Assembly: GCF_030684315.1 (NCBI RefSeq)
Contig: NC_081371.1
Span: 10,113,441 to 10,177,440 of the forward strand
Source of the DNA: Stegostoma tigrinum
Taxonomy: Eukaryota
Length of the DNA: 64,000 bases
Reading direction: 5' to 3'
A program made the translations under genes and the position numbers. This document shows positions 25,303-39,692 of the stretch, piece after piece. Position 1 is the first letter of the stretch; each line of letters begins with the position of its first letter. The notes below the pieces were generated by a model that saw only the letters and a program-made list of their open reading frames with translations, searched no databases and had not been told where the DNA came from.

Positions 25303-27809
25303 CTGAAAGTAAAACATTGTCAAATGAATGTTGGTTATATTAGGAACAAAAATAAGCAAACAAATGACTATTCAAATCTCAAATATAAAAATAATAAAGA
25401 TCAATTAAAAATAATTATTGCTGGTGCAACATTTTAAAATACATTGAATTGTTGTGTCCACTCAATAACTGACTAGAGGTGAATACCGTATCCAAAATTG
25501 TTGGTATCATTAAATTAAGCCTCAGGAAAAGGGGTGTGAATAAGGAATGTTAAAATATTCAAGTATCATTCGTTCTCTTCCATAATCTTCTGACTCAACA
25601 GTAAATGCATTCCTACTGAGTTGCAGTCTCACACTCCGCACTGACTCAATTCCCCTCCCAAATTTAGAAATTTACAAGTCTTTATGTTAATCTTATACTC
25701 TTCCTAGTTTCGAAAATATTTTCTTAATCTCCTCCACACTACAAAGGGTTCCTCTGGAAGGACGGGCAAGGGATCAAGACTCAAACTTTGCCAGTCATTA
25801 ACAGAGAAATACAATACCATCAAGGATTGGTTTGCCGTTCAGATTTTACTGCTTATCTGAAAAAGTGATGGACTGAAGTTTTGAACAGCATCAGTTGGAA
25901 GTCACACGTCAATAGTCTGCCTAATTCAAAATCTGTCAGAAACCTTTGGTTCAGGCCTTGCCACAGGCTTATCATGCTAAATCAATGCACATTTATTTCG
26001 TGTTTTGATGTAGTAAAACATACAGTTCACAAGAGCATTGATGAAGGAGCTGATTGTCCAAGAAACAAAAGTAGCCTTCATCAACATCAAGACACCATTC
26101 CAATAAGTATGGTACCGAGGAATCCTAAAAAATAGAACAGGGTTTACAAGAAAACCTTGATTGGTTGGACTTATGCAGACATGCAAAGATGACTGCGGTT
26201 GTCAAGGATCGATCATTAGCTCTAAGCAAATCACTAATATTCAGTGCAATGTTATCAGCAAAAACCCCCTCAGCTGATTACTAACTTTTTTTCGCTATCA
26301 TAAGATCCAGAGTGGAGTCATTTGCTACTGACTTGAACTTTCAGCCATGTTGACAACTGCTCCAATAATGAACCAGGTCATGCTGTCCCACTACCAGACT
26401 TTGGACAACATCTTGACTTAGTGTGACACAGTAAAGTTCATTCATTCCATTCAAGAACCACATTTTATGCAAAGGTGCAACATAAGTGCATCTTTGTTGT
26501 TAAAATTCTCTCCATCTACAAGACGTGGTGGAAAAATTTTGCAGCAACAATGCAAAAAACTACTCATTATCCAAGACTAAACTGCTTTCTTCATGTGTTT
26601 ATCCCCTCACGCAACTCACCACAGTGTAACTGCCTCCACTTAGTACTACCTGCAGGATGCAAAACAGGAACACTCAGTTTATTCTGACAGCACTTCATTC
26701 CCCTGTGGCCTTTACCAGTCAATATTGTCACCAGAGACCATCGCTTTTATCAAAGTACCCCTGTCATGTCAAGTACATCACGACTGGGACAAAGTACTTC
26801 CATTGTTGCTCCATGGCCACCATGAAATCCCCCATCTAACAGTACATGGGCATTATGGTACCACAAGGACTTTAGGAATTCAAGATGTTGGCTCATCATT
26901 ACCTTCACTGGGCAACAAAAGATAGTTAATAAATGCTGTTTTTCCAATAAGGAATAACAAAAGTAGAACTAAGTCTTTTGACCAGACACAACTTGAAAAT
27001 TTGAAAGCAGAGATCCCAATTTTGTAACAACATAAACACCACTAGACACCATCAAGAATACTCAAATTTTATAAAATGCTACAATTGCTGTGCATTTGAT
27101 GATTGCGTTTTGAAAACAAAATAATAGGAATATAAATTAAAATCTATACTCAGCAATACCCAAGTGTTTCATAAATCATTCAAGCAATTCTATCAAGAAC
27201 CAGATAACTTTAGTATATGATGGCATCATGGCCCAACCTGTTTACCGACATTAGCAGAAAAATATATTCTAAAAGCAGATGTCTCATTCATTGAATATTT
27301 TTCCCTCAACCCCCTCCCCCAAGAAAGGCCTGCACACTAGCACATTACAGTATGGTGCAGAAATGTTCACTTGAGAAGCCAACTCCTTTAAAATTAAAAA
27401 AAAAATCTGGGATCATTTGTTTTAAAGTAATGACTTACTCCATCAACACTCCATGTGCATGCTGTAAGTTCAAGATTCAAAGAGTTCTCAAATAAACCAA
27501 CCTCTACCAGCCACACTTTCATACCTCCAAACCACCAGCTGAATGAGACTGGGAATATGCCACCTTCAACTGTCTGGATGTAAGAAATAGTGTTTTATTT
27601 AATCATTCATTCATCCATCAGATGTGAGCGCCATTGGCTGGACCAGCAGTTATTGCACATCCCACTGTGTTAGACAATGAATTCTAGTCATTTTTCTATC
27701 ATGACATGATATTCTTGGGTATTAATCAAAGGTATTGTGGTAATTTTGAAAATGATCCAAAGATCGTGTGCTTTCATTAATGTTATCTTCTTCCAAGAAG
27801 ACTGCTATA

Positions 27810-28560
27810 GATGTTCACCTCTGTCTGTCCTGTGCCACATTCCACACATAATAGACTGGGTACAGTTGACCCATCATCCATTTTCTCCTCTATGTCCCTC
27901 TTCAACATTTTCTGTCAAATCTTTCCTTCTTGTAATGTTTTCTGCTATTCTAATGATGTCACCAAAATATCTATCCTTCACTCTTAATGATATGCACACA
28001 TTCTCTTCTCTCCAATCATTTTAAACATCAACTCATTCGTCTTTCTTGGACAGGCACAACATTTCCTCTATGTCTGCATCTCAAATGCATTCAGCTTATC
28101 TAGAGTCTTGGTTTGTTCTTCAAGGTAGTGACGGCATGCAAACAGACATGACAAAAAGCAGACACTCAGCATTATTTTCCCCAAGATTCAAGCTCATTTT
28201 CTTTGATGTTAATAATTTCTTCAACATGACAAAATCTCTTTTCACTACGTTCCAGCCAATGACTCAAAGCATAAGTACCATCAATTGTAATAAACTAACC
28301 AGGATGTGTGAACTATTTCCCTTGTTTCAAGACATGTCTATTTACTTAAACTTTCACTTCCAGGGTTAGGCATGTGCTTGTCACCATAGTTAATCTATTT
28401 GCCATATTTACTTTGTTTATAGTTTCCTATCATGCTTCTTCTGACTCTGCCATCCGTATTGTGTCATCTGTGCATCCCAAGTTGTTACAATCTGGTATAT
28501 CTTCTGTGTCCACGATGATAACTTACTGAACAGTTGTGGGCCTTAAGACATATGTGATGA
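27810..28560 (-). mobile_element. Decayed RTE-clade LINE remnant
   Basis: Minus-strand translation gives NNLGCTDDTI (RTE NNLRYADD-like) at ~28455-28490 and KLNAFEM at ~28080-28100. Confidence 0.6.
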
Positions 28561-29495
28561 ATTCCTCTTTTAATTGGGAAGCTAACACTAAACTAATGAG
28601 GGTGATAAACTTTAAACTAAATGTTACTGCACAATCAGCACACACTTGAGAATTGAGCAAGTAGACAGCAAAAGATATTCCACGTACAAGCACCTCATGT
28701 AGATACAGAAAATCCAGGAAGAAACTACTCAGTTGAAGGGAAAGAAAACTATTTCTCTATAAAACAAAAGACATCTGCTCATCTTGATTTATAATAAGTT
28801 CAAAGCTATCATAACACTGCTCTGCAGCAGTATGTAAAGCAGATTAAATGTTAGAATATATTAAGGTTAATATTGAGCTCAAAAGAGTGAAGTTATTAAT
28901 GACACTCATTAAAACACTTATGGGACCACCTGTAGAATACTTTCACAATTCAGATTACTGCAGTACAAAACAGTGATATTGCAGCTATTGAGAGGGTACA
29001 GAAAGCAGGAACAGGAATGACTGAGGAGACAGAATTATGAGGAGTAATGATGTAAACTGGGCATGTTCACTCGTAGACTGATTTTTTTTGTGTTTGTTCA
29101 TGGGAATGTGAGCATCACTGTTCATTCTTAAATGATTTTGAGAAGGCAGAGGTGTGCTGCCCTCTTGAATTGCTGCAGTTATTGGGATGTGGGTGTACCT
29201 GAAATGCTGTTAGAAAACAACATAATTGTTCTTTTCAGAATTATGTAGTGGTGGATAAAGTGGAGACGGTCAAGCTGCTTTTTCTTATCACGAACAATAA
29301 AAGTAGAAAACACAGCACAGTACCAATCTTCACAAATTATTCATATTTTCCTTTCAGTATTCTCATAAAGGGTTGATTCCTTCAAACAATCACCAACCAG
29401 AGGGTTGTATATTATTCAGGCAACTTCATTGGGCAGAAGCAGCACAAACATTCCCAGTAAACGATGATCCTTTATTAGGAATAGTGAAAACACAA

Positions 29496-29771
29496 AGAAA
29501 GCTTTGGGAAACATGTTCAAAATCACCTGTTCCACAGGTCAGGGATGAAAAGTGGCCAAACGTGAGAAAGTCTGAAAATTTCTCCAATGAGGCATCATAT
29601 ATACATAGTGCAAATAAGCAAACTCGCTGCAGCATGAGGGGATGGAACGTTATTACACTTTTCCGTACCTGCAGTGAATTGCACATGATTCTACGGCACT
29701 TCAAGTGGATAGAATTGCAAAAGAATCTTGAGATGATAATAATTTTGATCCATTGTTAGAGTCCAAATTGA
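29496..29771. repeat. ~275-bp direct repeat, copy A
   Basis: Colinear with 31734-32006. Confidence 0.9.
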
Positions 29772-30600
29772 ACCGTTGCCTGTTACTGAAAATTACTTCA
29801 CTTAAGTGACCGAATTCGCATCAACCATTGCATCACGGGTCACAATTCGCTGGAAGGTACATCATGGTCAAATCTATTAGCTCTCACAGCACAAGGATCT
29901 CTGATGTCCTAACCAATATATCTCATTCAACCAATACAATTAAAATACAGGGTTTGGACAATAATTTCATTTTCTTTTCTGGGATTTTGCTACTCTTACA
30001 AGCAAAATAACTATAAATGTCCCAAGATGGGCATAGAAAGGATATTTCCTTTTGTGGGTCTGTCTAGAACTACAGTGTACAACTTTAAAGTGAGGTGTTG
30101 CTCTTTCAGGACAGAAAGATGGAGAATTGTTTTCTCTGCTTAGAAGGTTGTGACACTTTGGAGCTCTTTATCTCAGAAGGCAGTGGTGCCGGGGGCATTG
30201 GAAAATTTTGAACTAAAGTTGGATAGTTTCTTAAGGGGAACAAAGATTACAGAAATATGAATTTGAAATACATTTAGATCAGCCATTGTCTTATTGAATG
30301 GTTGAGCAGGTTTTGCATGCTGAATAGTCTACATCTGCTCCTATACTGTATGCTTGCAATTGGCTGAGTTGCATCCCAAACGTATGAAAAGCTACAGATA
30401 AATACAAGTTCTTCCTGAGCCCGTGGTCTAAGAAATCTCAACCAGGACAAAGACCAAGATCATACCTAGGATCATCTTAGCCATGGGACAAACTGCAAAA
30501 GAATTAAGACAGCCTTGACCTACACATACCTAAAGTACAATTTCAAATTAAGCATCATTTCAATACCCCATAACATATCTGACTGTTAAAATAAGCTTAC

Positions 30601-30684
30601 CTTGTGCAGATCACTGTTCGTCAGTGAAAATGGCAAGTTAGATACATATACTGTGCTTTTGCTTGGTGCCAATCCACCACTCAT
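30601..30684 (-). CDS. ZCRB1: ZCRB1 first coding exon ([28 protein letters not shown])
   Basis: ATG at 30684, AAG/gtaagc donor; N-terminus matches vertebrate ZCRB1 (RNP2 VYVSNL); likely acceptor tttttag/ with exon start at 30715 (alternative ttcag/ 30695). Confidence 0.97.
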
Positions 30685-31733
30685 TTTTTAAAAATCTGAA
30701 ATTCCTTCTTCACAACTAAAAAAGTAAAACAAAAATCAATGGAGAAATAAAACGTGCAATTCAGTTAATTTTTAATCTGATGCCAGTAGCCATACAACTA
30801 GGAAAGATAAATATTTAAATGCAAACATCTGTGCAGGCATAACACTCAGGCACTTTGAAGCAAGGTTAATTAAGCTTCAGCTATGTTGTTTGAGTCAATA
30901 GCACTTACAGGATTGAAAATGGAAACTGGACAGGGAACAGTTTCCACAATAACTAGACAAAGCTCTAGATAGTTGATGAATTATTCAATTTAGAACATCT
31001 TTCCATTTTTACTAAACTCTGAATTGGAACAAGTTAGAATATGTCTAAAGTACATCGAAAAGAGCAGAACTAACAGTTTTATGATAAAACTATCAAATTC
31101 TCTTATCATCTCAACTAAGTTAACAAGTAATTTGAGATTATAAAAGATTTTATGATTCTACCAAATAGAAAATGTCAAAAAAATGTAAGCATGCTACTGC
31201 AACATACATGCAAGAATAACGCTTTGGAACACACTACCGCTGTGAATTACCAAGTGAATGTTTTGCATTCACTTACAAAATTAAAATAGCTAGTTATAAA
31301 CCCACATTTGTGGCTTTCACTGTTCAAGTTATAGTTTATGACAAACACTGAAAAAAAAACTTTCAAAAATGTTTTTTTCCATGAGATGTGGGCATCACTG
31401 GCTGGGCTAGCATTAATTGCTGATCCCTACTAGTCCTCAAGGTGGAGGAACCTATTGGGGTAACTGTAGTCCAAAGAGGTTAGGTACAAATAATTTGATA
31501 AATTAGAATTCCAGCCTCTTAAGAAATATCTCATTTTTAAAAACACTATATTTCTCCAAAAAAATTTGTAAACTGAATGTTGTATGTACTGTAAGTAAGC
31601 CATCAGCAAAATAGGGTAGCATTTAAAAAAAAATACCCCAAAAGAAACACTACAATCAAGTTTTTCAAAAATAAAGATCATCCATGATTAGTTAGCGTAC
31701 AACAGGCTCTTTGAGAAAAATGCCACTAATTGT

Positions 31734-32006
31734 AGAAAGCTTTGGGAAACACATGCTCAAAATCAGCTGTTCCATATGTCAGGGTTGAAAAGTAGCCAAA
31801 TGTGAGAAAGTCTGAAAATGTCTCCAATGAGGCATCATATATACATGGTGCAAATCAGCAAACTTGCTGCAGCATGAAACATTATTACACTTTTCAGTAT
31901 CTGCAGTGAATTGCAAAAATTATTTTATGGCACTTCAAATGGATGGAATTGCAAAAGAACCTTGAGATTAAAATAATTTGGATCCATTATTAACAGTCCA
32001 AATTGA
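31734..32006. repeat. ~275-bp direct repeat, copy B
   Basis: Colinear with 29496-29771. Confidence 0.9.
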
Positions 32007-32339
32007 CAGTCCCCTGTTCTGGCCAGAATGACGACTTTCCAGTTAGTGTACTTTATCATAAAATAAATGACTATGAAATCCACTGAACAATTAGTGAGAA
32101 CAGTTGAGGAAGAGTGGAGGGTCGGCAATCATGTTTGGGATTTTGAGAATAGGAACAGACCGAAGATGGAAACACCTCTTCTCCTCCCTCACTAATCATA
32201 TCCCCTCCTCCTCCCTGGCAAAGTTTGCATGCTGACCCTGTACCCAAGCCGTGATTGCCCATGTACTAACACATCTTCATTAACATCCCTGTCCCCTGTT
32301 AACAGATCAGTGGCTTACTGAATTCCAGAAGATAAGAAA

Positions 32340-32930
32340 CATAGACAGGTGGGACTAGTTTAGTTTGGGATTATGGTCAGCAAGGACTGGTTGGACCGAA
32401 GGGTTTGTTTCCATGATGTATGGCTCTAAGACTGACTTAGAAGTGTCCTCCCAAGGGTGGATACAGGACAATGGCTTAAAAGGACAGTTGGAGGTGAGAT
32501 GGGCGGTGGACAGACTGGGACTTTTCCACTAGAGTCTAGAAGGTTGAGGGGTGACATTATAGAGGTTTATAAAACCAGGAGGAACATTGATAACATGAAT
32601 GGCAATGGTCTTTTCCTTAGGGTGGAAGAGATCAAAACTAGAGGGCATTTTTTAAGGGAACAGGAGAAAGACTTAAAAAGGGCCTGAGGGACAACTTTTT
32701 CACACAGACAACGGTTTGTGTACGTGATGACCTGCCAGAGGAAGTGGTAGATGGAAAGGGAACAGTTATAAAATTTAAGAAACATTCGGACAGGGAACGT
32801 GAATAGGAAAGGTTTAGAGGGACATGGGCCTAAAAGCAGGCAAGTGGGATTAGTTTAGTTTGGGAGGCTTGGTCAGCATGGACAAGATGAACCAAAGGGT
32901 CGGTTTCTGCATAGTACAACTCTATGATCA
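32340..32930 (+). mobile_element. CR1 3' fragments
   Basis: SRRLRGDIIEVYK...KTRGH and a CR1 3'UTR. Confidence 0.8.
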
Positions 32931-33177
32931 GGCTGCTCAATGAGTTATCAGAAGAGAAGAGGACCAGATTAGACATCTACTTTTTTTTTGAAGTAGCTTG
33001 AGCTGCGGAGAGCAATTAGATTTGGTATGGTGCAAGACAAAGTGATGGTTCCCCCAGGTCTATTTGTACCTTGTTACTCTCAAGATTACCTTATTTTTAA
33101 AGTTCTCATTCTTCTTTTCTGCCTCCCAGGGAATGTCCTGCAATCGATGGCAGTGCAGGGGAGAGAGATTCCTGCAT

Positions 33178-33413
33178 AAACAAAGTTGCTGGAAAAGCTT
33201 AGCAGGTCTGGCAGCATCTGTGAAAGAGCAAACAGAGTTAGCGTTTTGGGTCCGGTGACCCTTCCTCAGAAATTTCTGAGGAAGAGTCACTGGAGCTGAA
33301 AAAGTTAACTCTGTTTTCTCCTTCACAGATGCTGCCAGACCTGTTGAGCTTTTCCAGCAATGTTGTTTTTGTTCTTGATTTACAGCATCTGCAGTTCTTT
33401 TGGTTTTTATTAA
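33178..33413. mobile_element. Palindromic Neptune-PLE mini-element (second subfamily)
   Basis: Arms centred on cttcctcagaaatttctgaggaag; 12-bp TSD AGATTCCTGCAT at 33166-33177 and 33414-33425; divergent CTGAGGA hammerhead cores. Confidence 0.9.
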
Positions 33414-35659
33414 AGATTCCTGCATGGCTGCAGCCCGATCAGGCAAATAAACTGCTCCAGCTCCTTCAATCACAAGTTCCTTTCCTACTATGATTGCAGT
33501 TCCTTCAATCTTAGAATCACTTTCTGGAACAGCAGCAAGGCTGAGAGGGAGCAATTTGTCACTGGATGAGATGGGTCAGCTAAATTGACAGAATCGAATG
33601 ATTGGAAAAGCAGCTGGCTCGCTGCTGCTCCTATCATAGCTTGAGTCAGTTTTGATTCTCACAGACAGCAGAATTGCAACTATTTTTTGAAACCTTGCAC
33701 AAGCTAATAGTTTAATAGGTATTGTAATATCGCTCTATGGCGATGAATAAAATAGATTAAATGTCAGAATATGTTAAAACGAGGTTAATATCAAGCAGTT
33801 AATGACACTCAAATTATTTGAGACCATGTTCCGGATAATTTTACAGCTCTGATTTTGAAACAAATATTAAAAATGGTTGATTTACAAGACACTAATCCCT
33901 GATAGATTCCTTGAAAAAAAATCACTGAAATGTGTTTCCTGAGTTATTAATATATCTCCCTTTAACCACAATTGATGTATTCTGGTCCTCCAGCTTCATA
34001 GACAATGAAACAGCACATCATCTCTTTCATTAGGAATCTTACCCATCTCCTATTCAATGAGAATATTCCCAATTTCAGAATCTCTTCACAATCCAACACC
34101 TTCCCCCTTCCAAACCCAAATAACCTGAAGCATTCTGAATATCCTCTTCCATATTCTTTCAACATATGAAAAGTCCTTACTGTACTCAAATAAACAAAAT
34201 TATGCATAGCATCTGATGCGCAGTCACACCAATTATTTAACAAGTGGCAGGATTACGCTACCATTTTGGTACAATATTGTCTGTTATCTAAATAAAATTT
34301 AGTAATATCTGATTCGATTTATTCCATTGTCAGCAATCATAGTACAGAAATAGGTTCTTCAGCCATTCTTGCCGATCTGCCATTCTGCATTTTCATGCTG
34401 ATCTACATCCTAATATCATGCACAAGCTCTGGCACTTTCAATAATCATAACTTACAAAATTCTCAGATTTAAAACTATTCATTGATTTTTGTAGGAGACT
34501 TCCACATTTCTACCATCCTTCTTGCATATAAAAATGGTTATTAGCAATCCAGTCTATTCTCAAAATCGTAAAACCCTCAAACAAATTTCCGTTTAACTTT
34601 CTTTACTCTAGCATCTAAATTTTGTAAAAGTTCCTCATAATTTATGGAACATTGGTGACATTCTAGTGAATTTGCCGTGGCTATTTCCACTTAATTAAGC
34701 TATTAATTTCTCTTTATGATATCATGTTTCTGTCTACACTACATAGTCTACTATCAATCTCTATCAGCAGCAAACTTGGATACATGGCAATTCTATTATA
34801 CAAGTCATTAATCATGAGACAACTCTTTCCAATTTAGGTACACATCCATCAACTCTTTTGCATACTACTACCACTTTGCCAATCTCCCAAATAGGTCAAC
34901 AGTTTCTCTTTCACCATTTTAAAATAACTGTTACATTTACATTATTTTAATCTAAGAAGAGAATCTCTGAATCAAGATTATGGAAGATTATGGCTAAGGT
35001 GCCTGCAACTTCTCAATCACTTCATTTAAAGTTCTGGGCTAGAAACCAAGCCCTAGGGATATCTCAGCCTTTAATGCTATTATACTTTCTCGTTTTCTTA
35101 TTTTAACTTCACTCAGTTCCAGTGTTCAACCATCATTAGTTTCCCTAGAATTTCAAATACATTATTTCTTCACAGTCTGTGAAAGTCGATTGTGACAATC
35201 ACCATCAGTCTCTTAGAGATACAGTTGACAAGAAACTGAACTGGCCAAGCCACATTATTACCACGGCTACAAGAGCAAATCTGAGGCTAGGAATCCTGTA
35301 CTGAATAATTCATCTTTTGCCTCCTAAAACCTGTCCATTAAGACAGGTTTTTTTAAAAATCTGCTTGTGGGGCTAGAGTATCACTGACTAGTCAGCATTT
35401 ATTACCATCCCTAGTTTCCGCCGAGAAGGGATGTTGAGCTGCCTTCTTAAAATGCTGCAATTTACAGGCCGTAGATTGACCATCAATGTCCGAAGAGACA
35501 GAATTCCAGCATTTTGACCAAGTGACAGTGAAGGATCAGTGACAAATTTCCATTTCCAAGTCACTATATTGAGTGGCTTTGGAGGGGAACTTGCAGCTGG
35601 TAGTGCTCCCAGGTATCTACTGCCCTTGTCCATCAAGATGGAAGTGATCGGACCAAAAA

Positions 35660-36615
35660 AATCAACAAAACAGGCTTAAGAATGAAACCTGAATGAAATA
35701 ACAATCCTCGAAAGTACACAAACCCCTCAGACCCAAAGTCTCCATGCCAGGCACACCATTACATAGATTAGCCAAGGAGCTACAAAGGAGACTAAAGCAC
35801 CTTGTCAGCAAGTCACCCCACTCAATCCACTCAGCCCAGGAGTTCCTCAATTCCGTAAAAGGACAGAAGAACAGATGACAACAAGACCATGGTGTAATAT
35901 GACATTACTGCCCTATTCACATCGAAGGACATACCATTAGTAAGAGAAACATTGACAACACTACTAAAACAAGAACAAGACCCTAGTGACACCATTTCCA
36001 TAGACAACATGCTGAAGCTACTGGACCTATGCCTTACCACCCACTTCACCTTCAATGGTCAAATATACGAACAGATCAATGGGACACTCATGAGATCACC
36101 TACCTCTGGACTAATAGCTGAGGCAAAGACTTGAAAGCATGGCCCTTCCGCTAATCTAACCAAAACAATGGATACACCATGTGGACGACACCTTTGTCAT
36201 TATTAAACGGTCTAAACTAGAGGAGACACACAAACTAATAAACAAAATTCTCACCGGAATCAGATTCACCAGAGAAGAGGAGAGGAACAAACAGCGCCCA
36301 TTCCTGGACGCCATGTTGGAACTGAGGACAAGTGGGGAATTCCTAATAAAAGTACACAGGAAAGCCACATTGACCACGTACTGAATTTCAATAGCAACCA
36401 CCATAACACACACAAATGAAGTTGCGTGAGAACATTATTTAAACGGGCAACAACGCACTGCAGCAGCACAGAGCTACGCCAAGAAGAAGAGTATCTCTTC
36501 CAAGTATTCAAAGGCAACAGATACTCAAAAAACTGGATCAAAAGATGCCTATTACATGCGCGCCCCAACACACTCCCCACACGACCTTACATCAGGAACA
36601 CAACTGAACTGGGAA
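35660..36615 (+). mobile_element. Poseidon/Penelope-like RT remnant
   Basis: Frameshifted PLE RT: LLDLCLTTHFTFNGQIYEQING, VDDTFVII, FTREEE..PFLD, LFKRATTHCS. Confidence 0.85.
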
Positions 36616-36619
36616 ACTG

Positions 36620-37640
36620 CTATCTAAAGATTATTGGTGAATTTCTGCAGCGTATCTTCTTGGGAGGATACACTAGTGCTACTGAGTGTCAGTGTAGAAA
36701 GTGGATGCAGGCTGCTTTGTCCTGGATGATGTCAAGCTTCTTGACTGTTATTGAAACTGCCTTTGTTCCTAGCCTCTGACCTGCTCTTGTAGCCACCGTG
36801 TTTTTGTAATGAGTCAGTTGAGTTTCTGGTCAATGATAACCTCAAGGATGTTGATAATGGGGATTCAGTGGTCTAACACCATTGAATGTCAAGTGACAGT
36901 GATCAGAAAGTCTTTAAATGGAGACGGTCATTGCCTGGCATTTGTATGGCACAAGTGTTACTTGCCACTTGTCAGCCTGGATACTGTCCAGATCAGGGTG
37001 CATTTGAACATGGGCTGCTTTAGTATCTGAGGAGTTGCAAATGGTGTTGAACATTATGCAATCATTGGCCAACATCCCCACTTCTGATGTTATGATGGAG
37101 CAAAGATCATTGATGAAGCAGCTGAAGATGGCTGGCCCTGAGAAAATCCTGCATGAATATCCTGAAGCTAAGCCAACAACCATGACCATCTTCCTATTCA
37201 CCAGGTATGACTCCAACTAGTAGAGAATTCGCTTCCTTATAGACACTGATTCCAGCTTTGCCAGGTCTCCTTGATGCCACGTTTGGTCAAATGTGGCCTT
37301 GATATGAAGGGCCGTCACTCTCACCTCACCATTGGAATTCACTTCTTTTGTCAATGTTGGAACCAAGATTGTAATGAGATCAGGAGCACAGTGACCCTGG
37401 CAGAACCCAAACTGGGTGTCACTGAGCAGGTTATTGCTGATCAGGGTCTCCTTAATAGCACTGTGATGGAAGATGTCATCAACTTTAGTGATGATTGAGA
37501 GTAGACTGGAGGGGCAGTAATTGGCTGGGATGGATTTATCCTGCTTTTTGTATACACAAGACATAATTGGATAATTTTTCTACATTGCCAAGCAAATGCC
37601 ATTGTTGTTACTGTACTGAAACAGCTTGGCTGGGAGAGCA
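36620..37640 (-). mobile_element. L2/Crack-like LINE RT remnant (3' end continues at 35350-35655)
   Basis: ORFs 37217-37564 (PANYCPSSLLS, QFGFCQGH, ALHIKATFD) and 36914-37216 (IFSCFINDL, MLANDC). Confidence 0.8.
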
Positions 37641-37659
37641 ACAAGTTCACAAATAATTT

Positions 37660-38530
37660 AGATGAGAATTTGAGAGTCATGGTGAGTAAGTTTGTGGATG
37701 ACACCAAAATTGGTGGTATAGTGGGCAGTGAAGGTTATCGAAGATTACAAACAGGATCTTGCTCAATTGGGCCAATAGGCTGAGTAGCAGATGGAGTTTA
37801 ATTTGGGTAAATGCAAGGTATTGTATTTTGGTAAAAAGAACAAAGGCATGACTTGCACAATAAATGGTTGGGGCTTGGGTAGTATTGATGAACAGTGACA
37901 GCTAGGGGTTCAGGCAAGTAATTCTTCCAAAGTTATTTCATAGCAGACAGGGCAGTTAATAAAACATTTAGTACGCTTGCTATCATAGGAGTTGGGATAT
38001 ATTGTTGAAATTTTACAAGACTTTGGTGGTCACTCTGCTATAGGAAGGAAATCATTAAATTGGAGTGGATTTGGGAAAGATTTACCAGGATTTTGTCGGG
38101 ACTCAAGGGTTTGAATTATAAAAGAGAGGCTGGGACCATTTTCCACTGGTGCATAGCTGGTTGAGGGGTAACTTTATACAGGTTTATATATAATCACGAG
38201 GAGCAGTTAAGGTGAATAAGGGTAGGGGAGTTCAAAACTTGAGAGCATATTTTTAAGGCGTGAGGAGAAAGATTTAAAAGGAATCAGAGGGGCAACTTTT
38301 TCCAGACAGAGGATGATTCGTATGCGGAATGACCTGCCACAGAAAGTGGTAGATGCAGGTACAGTTACAACATTTAAAAGACATTCAGACAGGTACATGA
38401 ATAGGAAATGCTTAGAAGGATATTGTCCAAAGGTAGACTGGCGGGACTTGTTTAGTTTGGGGAAACTTGGTCAGCATGTATAGGTTGGACTGAAGGGTCT
38501 GTTTCCGTGCTGTACAATTCTATGACTATT
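37660..38530 (+). mobile_element. CR1 LINE 3' fragment
   Basis: SKFVDDTKIGG start and a typical CR1 3'UTR ending ttctatgactat. Confidence 0.85.
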
Positions 38531-39643
38531 GCCAGAATGTTGTCAGGGCCCACAGACTTTGTGTTATCCAGGACCTCCAACTGCTTCTTGATACCACGTC
38601 AAGTGAATCAAATTGGGTGAAGACTGAGCGATGCTGGGGATCACTGGAAGAGGCCAAAGTAGATCATCCACTTGGCACTTCTGGCTAAAGATTGCTGCAA
38701 ATGCTTCCGTTTTCTCTTTTGTCAAAAGTGAAGTGGAATACTGTCCACTTGCCTAAATGTGAGCAGTGTCAACAAGACTCAAGAGTTTTGACACCATCCA
38801 GAACAACGCAACCCATTTGATTGGCACCAGATCTGCAAACATTTACTCCCTTCCCTACCAATGCATAGTAGTGGCAGTGTGTATCATTTATAAAAGTGCT
38901 CTCCAGAAATACACCAAGGCTCCTTAGACAGCATCTTGCAAACCCACAACCACTAACATCTAGGAGGAGAAAGGCATCAGGTGTATTGATCACCATCTGC
39001 AAGTTCCCCTACAAGCCACTCACCATCTTGGATTAGAAATATACCACGGCTCTTACAACGTCATTGCATCAAAATACTGGAATTCCCTCTCTAATATCAT
39101 TGCGGATCTACCTGTAGGATATGGACTACAGCAATTCGAAATGGTAATACATCATCACCTTCCCAAGGCTCCTCATTCAGCTTGCTTCCAACCCACAACA
39201 ACTGCCTTCTTGAAGAATGGTGGCCAATGTTTTCACACAGAGGAGCCACGGTGGGATGGGGAAAGTGGACACAACAGCAAACCTTAACCTTAACAGAAAA
39301 CCATTCATAAACAATAAACTGATAGTGCAGCTAATTAATAGAAGTGAACATTGAAAAGCTCTAGGCAGCAAAACTTAATAACTAAATAGATGCCTTTTTA
39401 ATTAAGCAGGTTAGAGACAGAAAAAAGAACCAGACCCAAATTGATGATTTTAGGGAAGGCGATGGCAACTGAGGCTAAGCTAAACAGTTCGATTTAACTA
39501 ACATTGGTGTTGTCTTACCGCTCATGGGGCATACTCCAAGCTTAACTTGCTGGAAATCACATGAATACGGGGGCCAAATGCAAGCTGACTTTGAGCCGGG
39601 TGTTTCTTCCTTTCTGTCCACTTGCCCTCTCCCATGCTTATTC

Positions 39644-39650
<7 letters not shown>

Positions 39651-39686
<36 letters not shown>
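39651..39686. repeat. (CT)n microsatellite
   Basis: About 18 perfect CT units. Confidence 0.95.

Positions 39687-39692
<6 letters not shown>

Noticed and set aside
11881-30684. U12-type introns or a U11-binding USSE-like element in ZCRB1, a minor-spliceosome gene
   Set aside because: All six coding-region donors are U2-type (gtaagc, gtaagt, gtgagc, gtgagt, gtgggt, gtatgt), and I saw no tandem GTATCYTT motif by eye.
33060-33554. 164-aa ORF
   Set aside because: Runs through a palindromic PLE mini-element; no domain similarity; chance open frame.
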